From: Tagaea sp.
GTDB taxonomy: Bacteria; Pseudomonadota; Alphaproteobacteria; CACIAM-22H2
Reading direction: 5' to 3'
Length of the DNA stretch: 64,000 nucleotides
Assembly: GCA_965279525.1 (NCBI GenBank)
Contig: CBDIIB010000005.1
Span: 1,792,001 to 1,856,000, forward strand
The stretch's first letter is position 1. The number at the start of each line of letters is the position of its first letter. The notes below the pieces were generated by a model. The model was not told the DNA's origin. It did not search any database and saw nothing but the letters and a program-made list of their open reading frames with translations. The translations under genes and the position numbers were made by a program. Below, piece after piece: positions 28,334-38,400 of this stretch.

Positions 28334-29413
28334 TCAGCGGGCCGCGTGATCGACCATCGGCAGGACCGGCACGGGGTAGGGCGTCTCGGGCGCGTTGAGC
28401 GTGAGGAGGAATTCGACGAGATCCGCACTCTCCGTTGCCGTCAGTCCGAGGGGCCGGACATGCTCGGAAAGGCTCGCGCGCTTCACGTCGCCGCCGCGGT
28501 TGTAGTGGTCGATGACCTTGGCGAGATTGGCGACCGACCCGTCGTGCATGTAAGGCGCCGTGCGCCCGATCTCGCGCAGCGTGGGCGTCTTGAAGGCATG
28601 GTTCATGCTCGGCAGGTTGATGATCTTGATCCGCCCGGCATCCTCGTCGGAAAGGCCGATGTCGTAGAAGCTGCTGTCGGTGAAGTTCCACCCCGAATGG
28701 CAGGCCGCACAGTTCGCCTTGGTGTTGAAGAGCATGAAGCCGCGCTTGGCCGTATCGGAGATCGCCTGCTCGTCGCCGGAGATCCACTTGTCGAACGGTG
28801 CCGTACCCGACACGAGGCCGCGTTCGAAGACGCCGATGGCCTTGACGAGATTGTCGATGGTGAGGCCGTCCTTCGGGAACGCGGCGCGGAACATCGAGCG
28901 GTAGCCGCCGATCGCCGACAATTCCTCGACGAGCTTGTCGAGCGGCTGGTTCATGTTCCGGGGGTTCGCGATGGGCCCCTTGACGTGGCCTTCGAGATGC
29001 TCGGTGCGGCCGTCCCATGCGGTCTGCTCGGTCCAGGCGAGGTTGAGCAGCGTGGGGGAGTTGCGCACGTGCGGCGTTCCGGCGTGGCCGAAGCTCTTCG
29101 GCACGCCGTCGGTCCAGGCGAGGCCCGGAAGATGGCAGGTCGAGCACGAGATGAAGTTCGATCCCGACAGGCGCGGATCGAAGAACAGCATCTCGCCGAG
29201 CTTCGCCTTCTCGGCCGAATAGGGATTGTCGTCGAGATAGGGCACGCTTGCCGGCCGGACATAATCCTTCTTGTACTCGGCGAGCGTCTTCCAGGGCTTC
29301 GGCGCCGGGGCGGTCTGGGCGATCGCTGCGGCAATGCCGACGCCGCCGGCGAGGAGCAGGGCCGCGAGCGCGCCGAAGCGGCCGAGCGGGCGGGTGTGAA
29401 GTTCCGGTCGCAT
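28334..29413 (-). CDS. Di-haem cytochrome c peroxidase / MauG-family protein
   Basis: Signal peptide, LFFDPRLS, CSTCH and CAACH, WDGR, FKTPTLR, TAPYMHDG. Confidence 0.92.
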   Translation of the reverse strand: MRPELHTRPLGRFGALAALLLAGGVGIAAAIAQTAPAPKPWKTLAEYKKDYVRPASVPYLDDNPYSAEKAKLGEMLFFDPRLSGSNFISCSTCHLPGLAWTDGVPKSFGHAGTPHVRNSPTLLNLAWTEQTAWDGRTEHLEGHVKGPIANPRNMNQPLDKLVEELSAIGGYRSMFRAAFPKDGLTIDNLVKAIGVFERGLVSGTAPFDKWISGDEQAISDTAKRGFMLFNTKANCAACHSGWNFTDSSFYDIGLSDEDAGRIKIINLPSMNHAFKTPTLREIGRTAPYMHDGSVANLAKVIDHYNRGGDVKRASLSEHVRPLGLTATESADLVEFLLTLNAPETPYPVPVLPMVDHAAR

Positions 29414-29488
29414 GATGGTGTTCCTCCAGTTCGCTTTCAGGTCGCGGCAAAGTTAGCCGGAACTGGCTAAAAAGACACTAACAATGGA

Positions 29489-29527
29489 TGTATATACTGT
29501 TGTCATACAGTCGTAGAATGTATGACA
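29489..29527. promoter_or_regulatory. Palindromic operator upstream of peroxidase operon
   Basis: TGTCATACA-N9-TGTATGACA perfect inverted repeat (29501-29527) plus related TGTATATAC at 29489. Confidence 0.6.
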
Positions 29528-29626
29528 TGACGCGTGGCGCACCGACCGCCCCGCCGGCGGCCCCGGCGCGGGGTCGCTTCGACAGGCTTCATCGCGCGGC
29601 CGAAGGGCGCTAGCTTGTTTCGCAGG

Positions 29627-29974
29627 ATGGCGACTCCGATCTATCACATGTGCCGGCGCTCCGAATGGGCGGCCGCCCAGGCAAGCGGCAGTTACGCCGG
29701 GTCTTCGCAGGACCAGGCCGACGGCTTCATCCACTTCTCGACCGCCATACAAATAGTCGCCAGTGCCGCGAAGCATCGCGCCGGCCAGGACGATCTCGTG
29801 CTGATCGAGGTGCCGGCCGAGTCGCTCGGCGACGCGCTGAAATGGGAAGCCGCGCGCGGCGGCGCGCTGTTTCCGCATCTCTACGGCGCGCTGGCGGTCG
29901 GGCACGTGACACGCCATGCGCCGTTGCGCCTCGGCGCCGACGGCCGTCACGTCTTTCCGTGGGGGCTTGCATGA
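29627..29974 (+). CDS. DUF952 domain protein
   Basis: IYH...W...Y.GS..D..DGFIHFST ... LKWE ... LFPHLYG; ATGA overlap with pyrD. Confidence 0.88.
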   Translation: MATPIYHMCRRSEWAAAQASGSYAGSSQDQADGFIHFSTAIQIVASAAKHRAGQDDLVLIEVPAESLGDALKWEAARGGALFPHLYGALAVGHVTRHAPLRLGADGRHVFPWGLA

Positions 29975-31038
29975 ACTGGTACGACCTCGCCTTTCCACTG
30001 GTGCGCGGCCTCGATCCGGAAGCCGCACACGGGCTCGCGATCCGCGCCCTTGCCGGCGGTTTCGTGCCCACGCCGGCACCGGTCGACGATCCGGCACTGC
30101 GCGTGAAGCTGTGGGGGCTGGATTTCCCGAACCCTGTGGGTCTCGCCGCCGGCTTCGACAAGGATGCCGAGGTGCCCGACGCGATGCTGGCGCAGGGCTT
30201 CGGCTTCGTGGAGATCGGCTCGGTCACGCCGCGCCCGCAGCCGGGCAATCCGAAGAAGCGGCTCTTCCGTCTCACGGCCGACGAGGGCGTCATCAACCGG
30301 CTCGGCTTCAACAGTCGCGGGCTCGACGTGGCCAAGGCCAATCTTTCGGCCCGCAAGCGGCGCGGCATCGTCGGCGTCAATCTCGGCAAGAACAAGGAAA
30401 CCGAGGATGCGGCCGACGACTACGTGAAGGGGGCACTCGCCCTTGCCCCGTTCGCCGACTATCTCGTGTGCAACGTCTCGTCGCCCAACACGCCGGGCCT
30501 GCGCGCCCTGCAAAGCCGCGAGGCGCTCGACGGGTTGGTCGTGCGCGTGCAGGAAGCGCTCGCCACGCTTGGCAGTCCGCCGCCGCTGGTCTTCAAGATC
30601 GCCCCCGACCTTACCGACGCCGATCTGGAAGACGTCGTGCGCGTGGCGCTCGAGCGCAGGCTCGCCGGCCTCATCGTCGGCAACACGACTCTGTCGCGCC
30701 CCGACACGCTCGCCGATCCGCAGAAGGGCGAGACCGGGGGCCTGTCGGGCCGGCCGCTGATGGCGCTTTCCACGCGGATGCTGGCGAAGACCCGCCGCCT
30801 TGCCGGGCGCGATCTGGTGCTGGTCGGCACGGGCGGCGTGGCCGACGCGCGCGATGCCTATGCCAAGATCCGCGCCGGTGCTTCGCTCGTGCAGCTCTAT
30901 TCGGCCCTCGTCTATCGCGGGCCGGGGCTGGCCGCACGCATCTGCCGCGAACTGCCCGCTTTGCTGCGCGCCGACGGTTTTGCGAGCGTGGCCGACGCGG
31001 TCGGGACCGGATCGGCGTTGACCGACGCGCGCGGATAG
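29971..31038 (+). CDS. pyrD: Quinone-dependent dihydroorotate dehydrogenase
   Basis: DPEAAH, NPVGLAAGFDK, INRLGFN, NVSSPNTPGLR, KIAPDL, GGLSG. Confidence 0.96.
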   Translation: MNWYDLAFPLVRGLDPEAAHGLAIRALAGGFVPTPAPVDDPALRVKLWGLDFPNPVGLAAGFDKDAEVPDAMLAQGFGFVEIGSVTPRPQPGNPKKRLFRLTADEGVINRLGFNSRGLDVAKANLSARKRRGIVGVNLGKNKETEDAADDYVKGALALAPFADYLVCNVSSPNTPGLRALQSREALDGLVVRVQEALATLGSPPPLVFKIAPDLTDADLEDVVRVALERRLAGLIVGNTTLSRPDTLADPQKGETGGLSGRPLMALSTRMLAKTRRLAGRDLVLVGTGGVADARDAYAKIRAGASLVQLYSALVYRGPGLAARICRELPALLRADGFASVADAVGTGSALTDARG

Positions 31039-31055
31039 GGAATACCGGACCTTAT

Positions 31056-32174
31056 ATGTCGCCGATCTCCCTCATCCTGCCGGCCGTCGCCTATGTCGCC
31101 GCGAGTTTCGCGGTCGGCTTGACGACGGGCATCCCGCTCGGGCTCGCCGTCTTCGCCGCCGGTGCGGCCGTCCATGCCATCGTCGTCGCCGGGAAGCTTG
31201 CCGGCGACGTCGACAACGCGGTGCGCGCCCAGGCCCAGATCCGCCGCGAACTGGCGGCCGCGCGCGAGGAAGCGCGCGGCATCCTCGAGGCGATCGAGAG
31301 TGCGGCGCGCACGCGGCCCGACCTCGGCCATGTGATGGGCGAGGTCAAGGTGCTGCAGGGCCTCGTCGAGAAGCTGTCGGGCCAGCCGGTCCCGCACGCC
31401 GACGCGCCCGCCAAGCCCGATCCGTCCTACGGCGACGCGCAGGTGCTCGACATCGTGCGCGATGCGCTGCGCGAGAACCGCGTCGAGCTCTATGTGCAGC
31501 CGATCGTCGACCTGCCGCAGCGCCGCCGCCGCCACTTCGAGTGCTTCAGCCGCGTGCGCGCGCCCGAGGGCAACGTCATCGGGCCGGAGCGCTATCTGGC
31601 GCTGGCCGAGAAATACGGCCTGGTCACCGCGATCGACAACATGCTGCTGTTCCGCTGCGTGCAGCTCGTGCGCCGCATGCAGCGCACGAACGCGGGTGCC
31701 GGCATCTTCATCAACATCTCCGAGCACACGCTTGCCGATACGCGCTTCTTCGCCGAGTTCGTCACGTTCATGGCGCAGAACGCCGACCTTTCGCACAACC
31801 TCGTCTTCGAGCTGGCCGAGGGCCACACGCGCCGGCTGACCGAGATCCAGTGGGCCGAGCTCGACCGGCTGGGCAGCCTCGGCTTCCGCTTCTCGATGGA
31901 CCAGGTCGCCGACCTGCGCTTCGATCCGGCGGCGCTGGCCAAGCGCAATTTCCGCTTCGTCAAGGTCGACGCGCGCAAGCTCGTCGATTTCGCCAACGGC
32001 GCCAGCGGCGCCGAGTTCCTGCGCCTGCGCACGCAGATGATGGACAGGCACGTCGCCCTCGTGGTCGAGAAGATCGAGAGCGAGGCCCAGCTGGTCGAGG
32101 TGCTCGATCTCGAGGCCGACTACGGCCAGGGATTCCTGTTCGGCGAACCCAAGCCCCTGAAAGAAGAGAAGTGA
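31056..32174 (+). CDS. Membrane-anchored EAL-domain protein with degenerate motifs (TipF-like)
   Basis: N-terminal TMs, coiled coil, LYVQPIVDLPQR..ECFSR (ECF for EAL), SMDQV for DDFG, YGQGFLFGEP. Confidence 0.8.
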   Translation: MSPISLILPAVAYVAASFAVGLTTGIPLGLAVFAAGAAVHAIVVAGKLAGDVDNAVRAQAQIRRELAAAREEARGILEAIESAARTRPDLGHVMGEVKVLQGLVEKLSGQPVPHADAPAKPDPSYGDAQVLDIVRDALRENRVELYVQPIVDLPQRRRRHFECFSRVRAPEGNVIGPERYLALAEKYGLVTAIDNMLLFRCVQLVRRMQRTNAGAGIFINISEHTLADTRFFAEFVTFMAQNADLSHNLVFELAEGHTRRLTEIQWAELDRLGSLGFRFSMDQVADLRFDPAALAKRNFRFVKVDARKLVDFANGASGAEFLRLRTQMMDRHVALVVEKIESEAQLVEVLDLEADYGQGFLFGEPKPLKEEK

Positions 32175-33034
32175 CGGTCCGCCTCGACGGCCTTGCGGCG
32201 GTCGCCGACCGCTACGACGTGTTCCTGCTCGACATGTGGGGCTGCATCCACGACGGCAACCGCGTGTTCGCCGGCGTGGCCGACCTGATGGCGCGGCTGC
32301 GCAAGCTCGGCAAGCGGACGGTCGTGCTGTCCAATGCGCCGCGCCTCGTTCCCATCCTCGTGCGCCAGATGCCGGATTTCGGCATCCCGGCGGACGCGTT
32401 CGACGGCATCGTCACGTCGGGCGAGGCTGCCTGGCAGGCGCTGGCGAAGGACGAGCACAAACTCGGCAAGCGCTTCTTCCACATCGGCAAGGAAGCCAAC
32501 ATCACCGATCCCGCCACGATCGGGCACACGATGGTCGACCGGCTTGCCGATGCCGATTTCATCCTCGCGACCGGGGCGGCCGGCGACGGCACGCTCGACA
32601 TGGAGGCGCTTGCTCCCGTCATCGCCGAGGCAAAGCAGCGCAACTTGCCGATGGTGTGCGCCAATCCCGATCTCGAGGTCATGAAGGGCGAGGTGCGCCT
32701 CCTGTGCGCCGGGACCCTGGCCCAGCGCTACGAGGAGATCGGCGGGCGCACGATCTATTACGGCAAGCCGCATCGCGCGGTTTACGAGATGGCGCTGGAG
32801 ATCGCCGGCAAGCCCGCCGACCGCAGCCGCGTGATCGGCATCGGCGACGCGATGCGCACCGACGTCGCCGGTGCGCGCAATGCTGGAATCCACCAGGCGT
32901 TCATCCCCGGCGGCATCCATGGCGAGGGCATGAACGCGCCGATGGGAACCTTGCCGGCCGAGGCCGCGATGGACGCCGTTTCGGCCCAGTTCGGCTTCGC
33001 GCCGACATATGTTCTGGCCGAATTGCGCTGGTAG
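32171..33034 (+). CDS. HAD-superfamily subfamily IIA hydrolase (TIGR01459-like)
   Basis: LDMWGCIHDG, LSNAPR, CANPD, GKPH, IGDAMRTD; GTG start overlapping upstream stop. Confidence 0.88.
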   Translation: MTVRLDGLAAVADRYDVFLLDMWGCIHDGNRVFAGVADLMARLRKLGKRTVVLSNAPRLVPILVRQMPDFGIPADAFDGIVTSGEAAWQALAKDEHKLGKRFFHIGKEANITDPATIGHTMVDRLADADFILATGAAGDGTLDMEALAPVIAEAKQRNLPMVCANPDLEVMKGEVRLLCAGTLAQRYEEIGGRTIYYGKPHRAVYEMALEIAGKPADRSRVIGIGDAMRTDVAGARNAGIHQAFIPGGIHGEGMNAPMGTLPAEAAMDAVSAQFGFAPTYVLAELRW

Positions 33035-33070
33035 TTTCCGAGTCGCGCGAATCCACCGCCGCGGCGCCCG

Positions 33071-33090
33071 CCTGCGGAGTTTTCCGCAGG
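33071..33090. terminator. Intergenic hairpin
   Basis: CCTGCGGA-GTTT-TCCGCAGG perfect 8-bp stem downstream of HAD gene; no U-tract. Confidence 0.35.
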
Positions 33091-33214
33091 GCTGTGGACA
33101 AGGCCGCCTCGCTCCATTGAATCAATCTGTTGCCGGCCGAATCGGAGAAGCACCGACTCGCGCGGCTAGGAGAGGCCCTGCCGGCCCGTTACATTTGCAA
33201 GGCAGGAGAAGGAC

Positions 33215-35365
33215 ATGGCGGAATTTACCAAGCCGAATCTGGCGGACTGGGACAAGCTCGCGCGCGCCGAACTGAAGGGTGCGGCACCGGATACGCTTGC
33301 CTGGACCACGCCCGAAGGAATCGTCGTCAAGCCGCTCTATACCGAGGCCGATCTTGCCGGGCTCGAACATGTCGGCGGCATGCCGGGCATCGCCCCCTAT
33401 GTGCGCGGGCCGCGCGCCACGATGTACGCCAATCGCCCGTGGACGATCCGCCAGTACGCCGGCTTCTCGACGGCCGAGGAATCCAACGCGTTCTATCGCA
33501 AGGCGCTTGCCGGCGGGCAGGCGGGACTGTCGGTCGCCTTCGATCTCGCCACGCATCGCGGCTACGACAGCGACCATCCGCGCGTGACGGGCGACGTGGG
33601 CAAGGCGGGTGTCGCGATCGATTCGGTCGAGGACATGAAGATCCTGTTCGACGGCATCCCGCTCGAGAAGATGTCCGTCTCGATGACCATGAACGGCGCG
33701 GTGCTGCCCGTTCTCGCCGCCTTCATCGTCGCGGGCGAGGAGCAGGGCGCGACGCAGGCCCAGCTCTCGGGGACCATCCAGAACGACATCCTCAAGGAGT
33801 TCATGGTCCGCAACACGTACATCTATCCGCCGGCGCCCAGCATGCGCATCGTCGCCGACATCATCGCGCACACGGCGGCGCACATGCCGAAGTTCAACTC
33901 GATCTCGATCAGCGGCTACCACATGCAGGAAGCGGGGGCGACCTGCGTGCAGGAGCTCGCCTTCACGCTCGCCGACGGTCTCGAATACGTGCGCGTGGCC
34001 ATGGCCAAGGGCCTCGACATCGACGCGTTCGCGCCGCGCCTGTCGTTCTTCTTCGCCATCGGCATGAACTTCTTCATGGAGATCGCCAAGCTGCGCGCCG
34101 CGCGCTTCATCTGGGCGCGCGAGATGAAGAAGCTCAATCCGAAAAAGGCCGACAGCCTGGCGCTGCGCACGCACTGCCAGACCTCGGGCGTGTCGCTGAC
34201 CGAGCAGGACCCCTACAACAACGTCGTGCGCACCGCGTTCGAGGCGATGGCGGCGGCACTCGGCGGCACGCAGTCGCTGCACACCAACTCGTTCGACGAA
34301 GCGCTGGCTTTGCCCACGCCGACCTCCTCGCGCATCGCGCGCAACACCCAGCTCATCCTCCAGGAGGAGACCGGCGTGTCGCGCGTCGTCGATCCGCTGG
34401 CGGGCAGCTACTATGTCGAGCATCTGACCGCCTCGATGATCGCCGAGGCCACGAAGCTGATGGACGAGGTCGAGGCCCTTGGCGGCATGACCAAGGCGGT
34501 CGAGAGCGGCATGCCCAAGCTGCGCATCGAAGAGGCCGCCGCCCGCCGCCAGGCGCGCATCGACCGCGGCGAAGAGGTGGTCGTCGGCGTCAACAAGTAC
34601 CGCCCGACCGACGCCGAGAAGATCGACATCCTCGACATCGACAATTCAGCCGTTCGCGACAGCCAGATCGCACGGCTCAAATCCGTGCGCGCGAAGCGGG
34701 ACGCCAAAGCCGTCGCGGCCACGCTCGAAGCTCTCACCAAGGCCGCTTCGTCCGGCGAGGGCAATCTCCTGACGCTCGCCATCGAGGCGATGCGCGCGCG
34801 CGCCACGGTGGGCGAGGTTTCCGACGCGCTCGAGCGGGTCTATACGCGCCATCGCGCGACGATCCGCTCGGTCACCGGCATCTACGGCTCGGCCTATGAC
34901 GGGGACGCCGGCTTCGGCCGCATCAAGGAAGACGTCGCTGGCTTCGCCAAGACCGAGGGCCGCCGGCCGCGCATGCTGGTCGTCAAGCTCGGCCAGGACG
35001 GGCACGACCGCGGTGCAAAGGTGATCGCCACGGCCTTCGCCGACATCGGCTTCGACGTCGACGTCGGCCCGCTCTTCCAGACGCCGGAAGAAGCCGCGCG
35101 CCAGGCGATCGAGAACGACGTGCATGTCGTTGGCGTGTCCTCGCAGGCCGCCGGCCACAAGACGCTCGTCCCCGCGCTTATCGCCGCGCTTCGCGCGGCG
35201 GGTGCCGAGGACATCCTCATCGTGTGCGGCGGCGTGATCCCGCCGCAGGACTATCAGGGGCTGCTCGACGGCGGCGTTGCCGCCATCTACGGCCCCGGCA
35301 CCAACATCCCGCACGCCGCGGCCGAGATCCTCGGCCTGATCCGGCGCCGCAGGAAAGCAGCCTAG
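33215..35365 (+). CDS. scpA: Methylmalonyl-CoA mutase
   Basis: [41 protein letters not shown]12-binding motif. Confidence 0.96.
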   Translation: MAEFTKPNLADWDKLARAELKGAAPDTLAWTTPEGIVVKPLYTEADLAGLEHVGGMPGIAPYVRGPRATMYANRPWTIRQYAGFSTAEESNAFYRKALAGGQAGLSVAFDLATHRGYDSDHPRVTGDVGKAGVAIDSVEDMKILFDGIPLEKMSVSMTMNGAVLPVLAAFIVAGEEQGATQAQLSGTIQNDILKEFMVRNTYIYPPAPSMRIVADIIAHTAAHMPKFNSISISGYHMQEAGATCVQELAFTLADGLEYVRVAMAKGLDIDAFAPRLSFFFAIGMNFFMEIAKLRAARFIWAREMKKLNPKKADSLALRTHCQTSGVSLTEQDPYNNVVRTAFEAMAAALGGTQSLHTNSFDEALALPTPTSSRIARNTQLILQEETGVSRVVDPLAGSYYVEHLTASMIAEATKLMDEVEALGGMTKAVESGMPKLRIEEAAARRQARIDRGEEVVVGVNKYRPTDAEKIDILDIDNSAVRDSQIARLKSVRAKRDAKAVAATLEALTKAASSGEGNLLTLAIEAMRARATVGEVSDALERVYTRHRATIRSVTGIYGSAYDGDAGFGRIKEDVAGFAKTEGRRPRMLVVKLGQDGHDRGAKVIATAFADIGFDVDVGPLFQTPEEAARQAIENDVHVVGVSSQAAGHKTLVPALIAALRAAGAEDILIVCGGVIPPQDYQGLLDGGVAAIYGPGTNIPHAAAEILGLIRRRRKAA

Positions 35366-35408
35366 AACCTATCCGTCGTCGACCTCCGGCACAGAAGCGA
35401 ACAAGCAC

Positions 35409-38400
35409 ATGGACGACAAGAAGACCGGCCCCCGCCTCATCCGCACGCTCGAAGCGCAGACGGACCAGACCGTGCGCGCGGCCAACGATCCGGGCGGGCC
35501 GGTCTACGAACCGCTGCCGCCGGTCGGGCGCCGCAGCTTCCTGGTTGCCGCTTCGCTGAGTGCGGCGTGGATCGTCGCCGTGCTCTGGTACGCGAACGCG
35601 CAGGTCGGCTTCTCGGCATTCGGCGAAATGCTGCCCCACGAGCTGGGCGCGTTCGTCGGCGGTGCCGCGATGCCGCTGATGGTGCTGTGGTTCGTGTTCG
35701 CCTATCTGGCGCGCGGGCGCGACCTTGCCCGGCATGCGCGTGCCCTCGAAGTGCGCCTTTCCGAGCTTGCCTATCCCGCCGAGCGTGCGGAACTGAAGCT
35801 GCGCACGATCGGGGAAAGCCTGCACGAGCAGGCGCAAGCACTGGCCGCCGCGTCCGACAGCGCCACCAATCGCCTGTCCGAAGCCCGCCAGGGCCTGTCG
35901 ACGCAGGCAAGCGAGCTCACGACCGTTTCCGACCAGGCCGCGATGCGCGCCATGCAGGTGATGGCCGGCCTTCGCCGCCACGCCGACGGGCTGGAGCGCG
36001 TCACCGCACTGCTGTCGAGCCGCGTGCAGGTCGTCGAGGCGGCGGTGCGCGAGCAGGCCGACGCGCTTTCCGGCGCTTCGGACCGCGCCCTTTCCCAGTC
36101 GCGCGAGATCAACGCCACGCTGCGCGAGCAGATCGAAACGCTCGCTTCCACCAACGAGAAGACGGCGGCCAATGCCGGCGCAATCCGCGAAGCGCTGCGC
36201 GAACAGTCGCAGGACCTTGCCGAGACGACCGAACGCGCGCGTGCGCGCGCGGCCGAAATCCGTTCGATCCTTGCCGACCAGAGCTCGGCCCTGATGGACG
36301 CCACCGAAGGCGCCCTCGACCGGGCGCGCGAAGTGGGCGAATTGCTGCGCAAGCAGTCCGACGCCTTCGCCGACGCGGCCGAGACGGCCGAAGGCCGGGC
36401 CAGCGCCGCTTCGGTCGAGATGGGCTCGGCCCGCCGATCGGCCGAAGCCGCCAGCGACAATCTTGCCGAAGCCTCCGACAAGCTGCTGGGCCTCGCGCGC
36501 GAGCTTGCCCGCCAGAGCGACACGACCCAGAACGCGCTGCGCGCCCAGATGGCCACGCTTGCCGAGGCCGCCGGCGACGCGCAGACGCGCGTCGACACGG
36601 CCGGTGCCGCGATCCGCGAGCGTACCGACGACGTGACGACCGCCGCCGTGCGGATGAACGACGTCGCGACGAACCTGGGTGCCGAGACGCGCAACCTGCA
36701 GGCCACGCTGGAAAGGCTCGCCGCGCGTACCGAGGCGTCGAGCGAATCCGTCCGCCGCCAGGGCCACGAGCTTGCCACCGCCGCCGACCAGGCCGTCGCG
36801 CGCGTGCGCGCCGCGGGCGAGGCGTTCCATTCCCAGTCGCGCGAGTTGGCGGACGCCGCCGCACAGGCGCTGGCGCGCGTGGGTGCCACCACGGCCGGAT
36901 TCTCGGAAGTCGCGCGCGAAGTCGCGATGCGCACGCAGGAGGCCGAAGCCAAGGCCGCGGCGATCGGCGAGGACATGCGCCGGCACGGCACGGGTCTCGT
37001 CGAGGCGGCCGATACCGCCGGGCGTTCGGCGGGCGAAGCCGGTGCCAAGCTCGCACGCGAGGTCGAAGCGATCCTGCGCGCGTCGGGTGCGTTGGCGGCC
37101 GAGGCGATGTCGACCGAATCGATGCTGCAGACCGAAACGCATCTCGTCGCCGAGGCCGCCCAGCGGGCGCGCGCATCGGTCGAAGGGGCGGGTGCATCGC
37201 TCAAGGCGCGCATGGAGGATCTCGACGCGTCGAGCCGGCGCGTGGGCGAATCGCAGGTGGCGCTGGACGGGCTTGCCCAGCGCAGCCAGGAATCACTCGA
37301 CCGCGTGGCCGGGCGTGTCGATGCCTCGGGCGAAGTCGCGCGCCGTCGCGCCGACGAGCTTGTCGTCGCCGCCGACCAGGCGGCCCAGCGCGTGCGCGTC
37401 ACGGGCGAGGGCTTCCGCGTGCAGGCGCAGGACATGGTGCATGCCGCCGATCTGGGCCTCGCCCGGTCCGAGGAGCTGGGCGCCACGCTCAAGCGCCGTG
37501 CCGAAGAAATCGATTCCGCCAGCGAGCGCACGACCCAGCGCCTGGATACGCTTGCCGAACATGTGCGCGCGCAAAGCGTGGCGCTGTCCGACACGGCGGG
37601 CGACACGGCCCAGAAGCTCGGCAATTCGGGCGAAGCGGTGCGCCTCAAGGTCGAAGCGCTCGAAGGGGCGGCCGATGCCGCCATCGCGCGCCTGGGCGAT
37701 GCGGCGACGTCTGTCGACCGGCGTGCCAAGGATCTCGACACGACGGCGGCCCTTGCCGCCCAGCGTCTGGATGAGAGCGGCGAGAAGCTGCGCGCGCGCG
37801 GGCTGGAAGCCGAAGCCAACGTCGCCGCCGCGACCCAGCGCCTCGACGCCACGGCCGTGGCACTCGGCCAGAACGCGCGCGAGGTGGCCACGGCGCTCGA
37901 CCGTGCCGCCGCGCGCATGGAAGCGACCGGCGAGGTCGCGCGCAACGAAGGCGCCCAGCTCGAAGTCGGGGCCGAACAGGCGGCTGCGCGCGTGCGCATG
38001 GCCGGCGACGGATTCCGCCAGGAAACGCAAGGGCTGGTGCGCGCCGCCGAAACCGGCATGGCGCAGTCCGACGCCTATGCCGAAGCGCTCAAGCATCGCG
38101 CCGAAGAGATGGTGCAAACCTCCGCGCGCGTGGGCGAGCGGCTCGACGCGCTGCATGGTTCGCTGCGCGGCCAGACCGTCGAGCTTGCCGAGACGGCAAG
38201 CCAGAAGGCGGGCGAGCTCGACCGGGCAGGCGAAACGCTGCGCCTGAAGGCCGAAGCCATCGAGGCGACGGCCCAGGCCGCGCGCCTGCGCATCGACGAG
38301 GCCGCAAGCGACGTGGCGCGCAACGCCAAGGACCTGGACGCGACCGCCCATCAGGCGACCCAGCGCCTGCGCGACGGCGCCGAGCAGCTTCGCCAGCGCA

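Noticed and set aside
33093-33101. DnaA-like box TGTGGACAA upstream of scpA
   Set aside because: Single mismatched box next to a hairpin; could be chance
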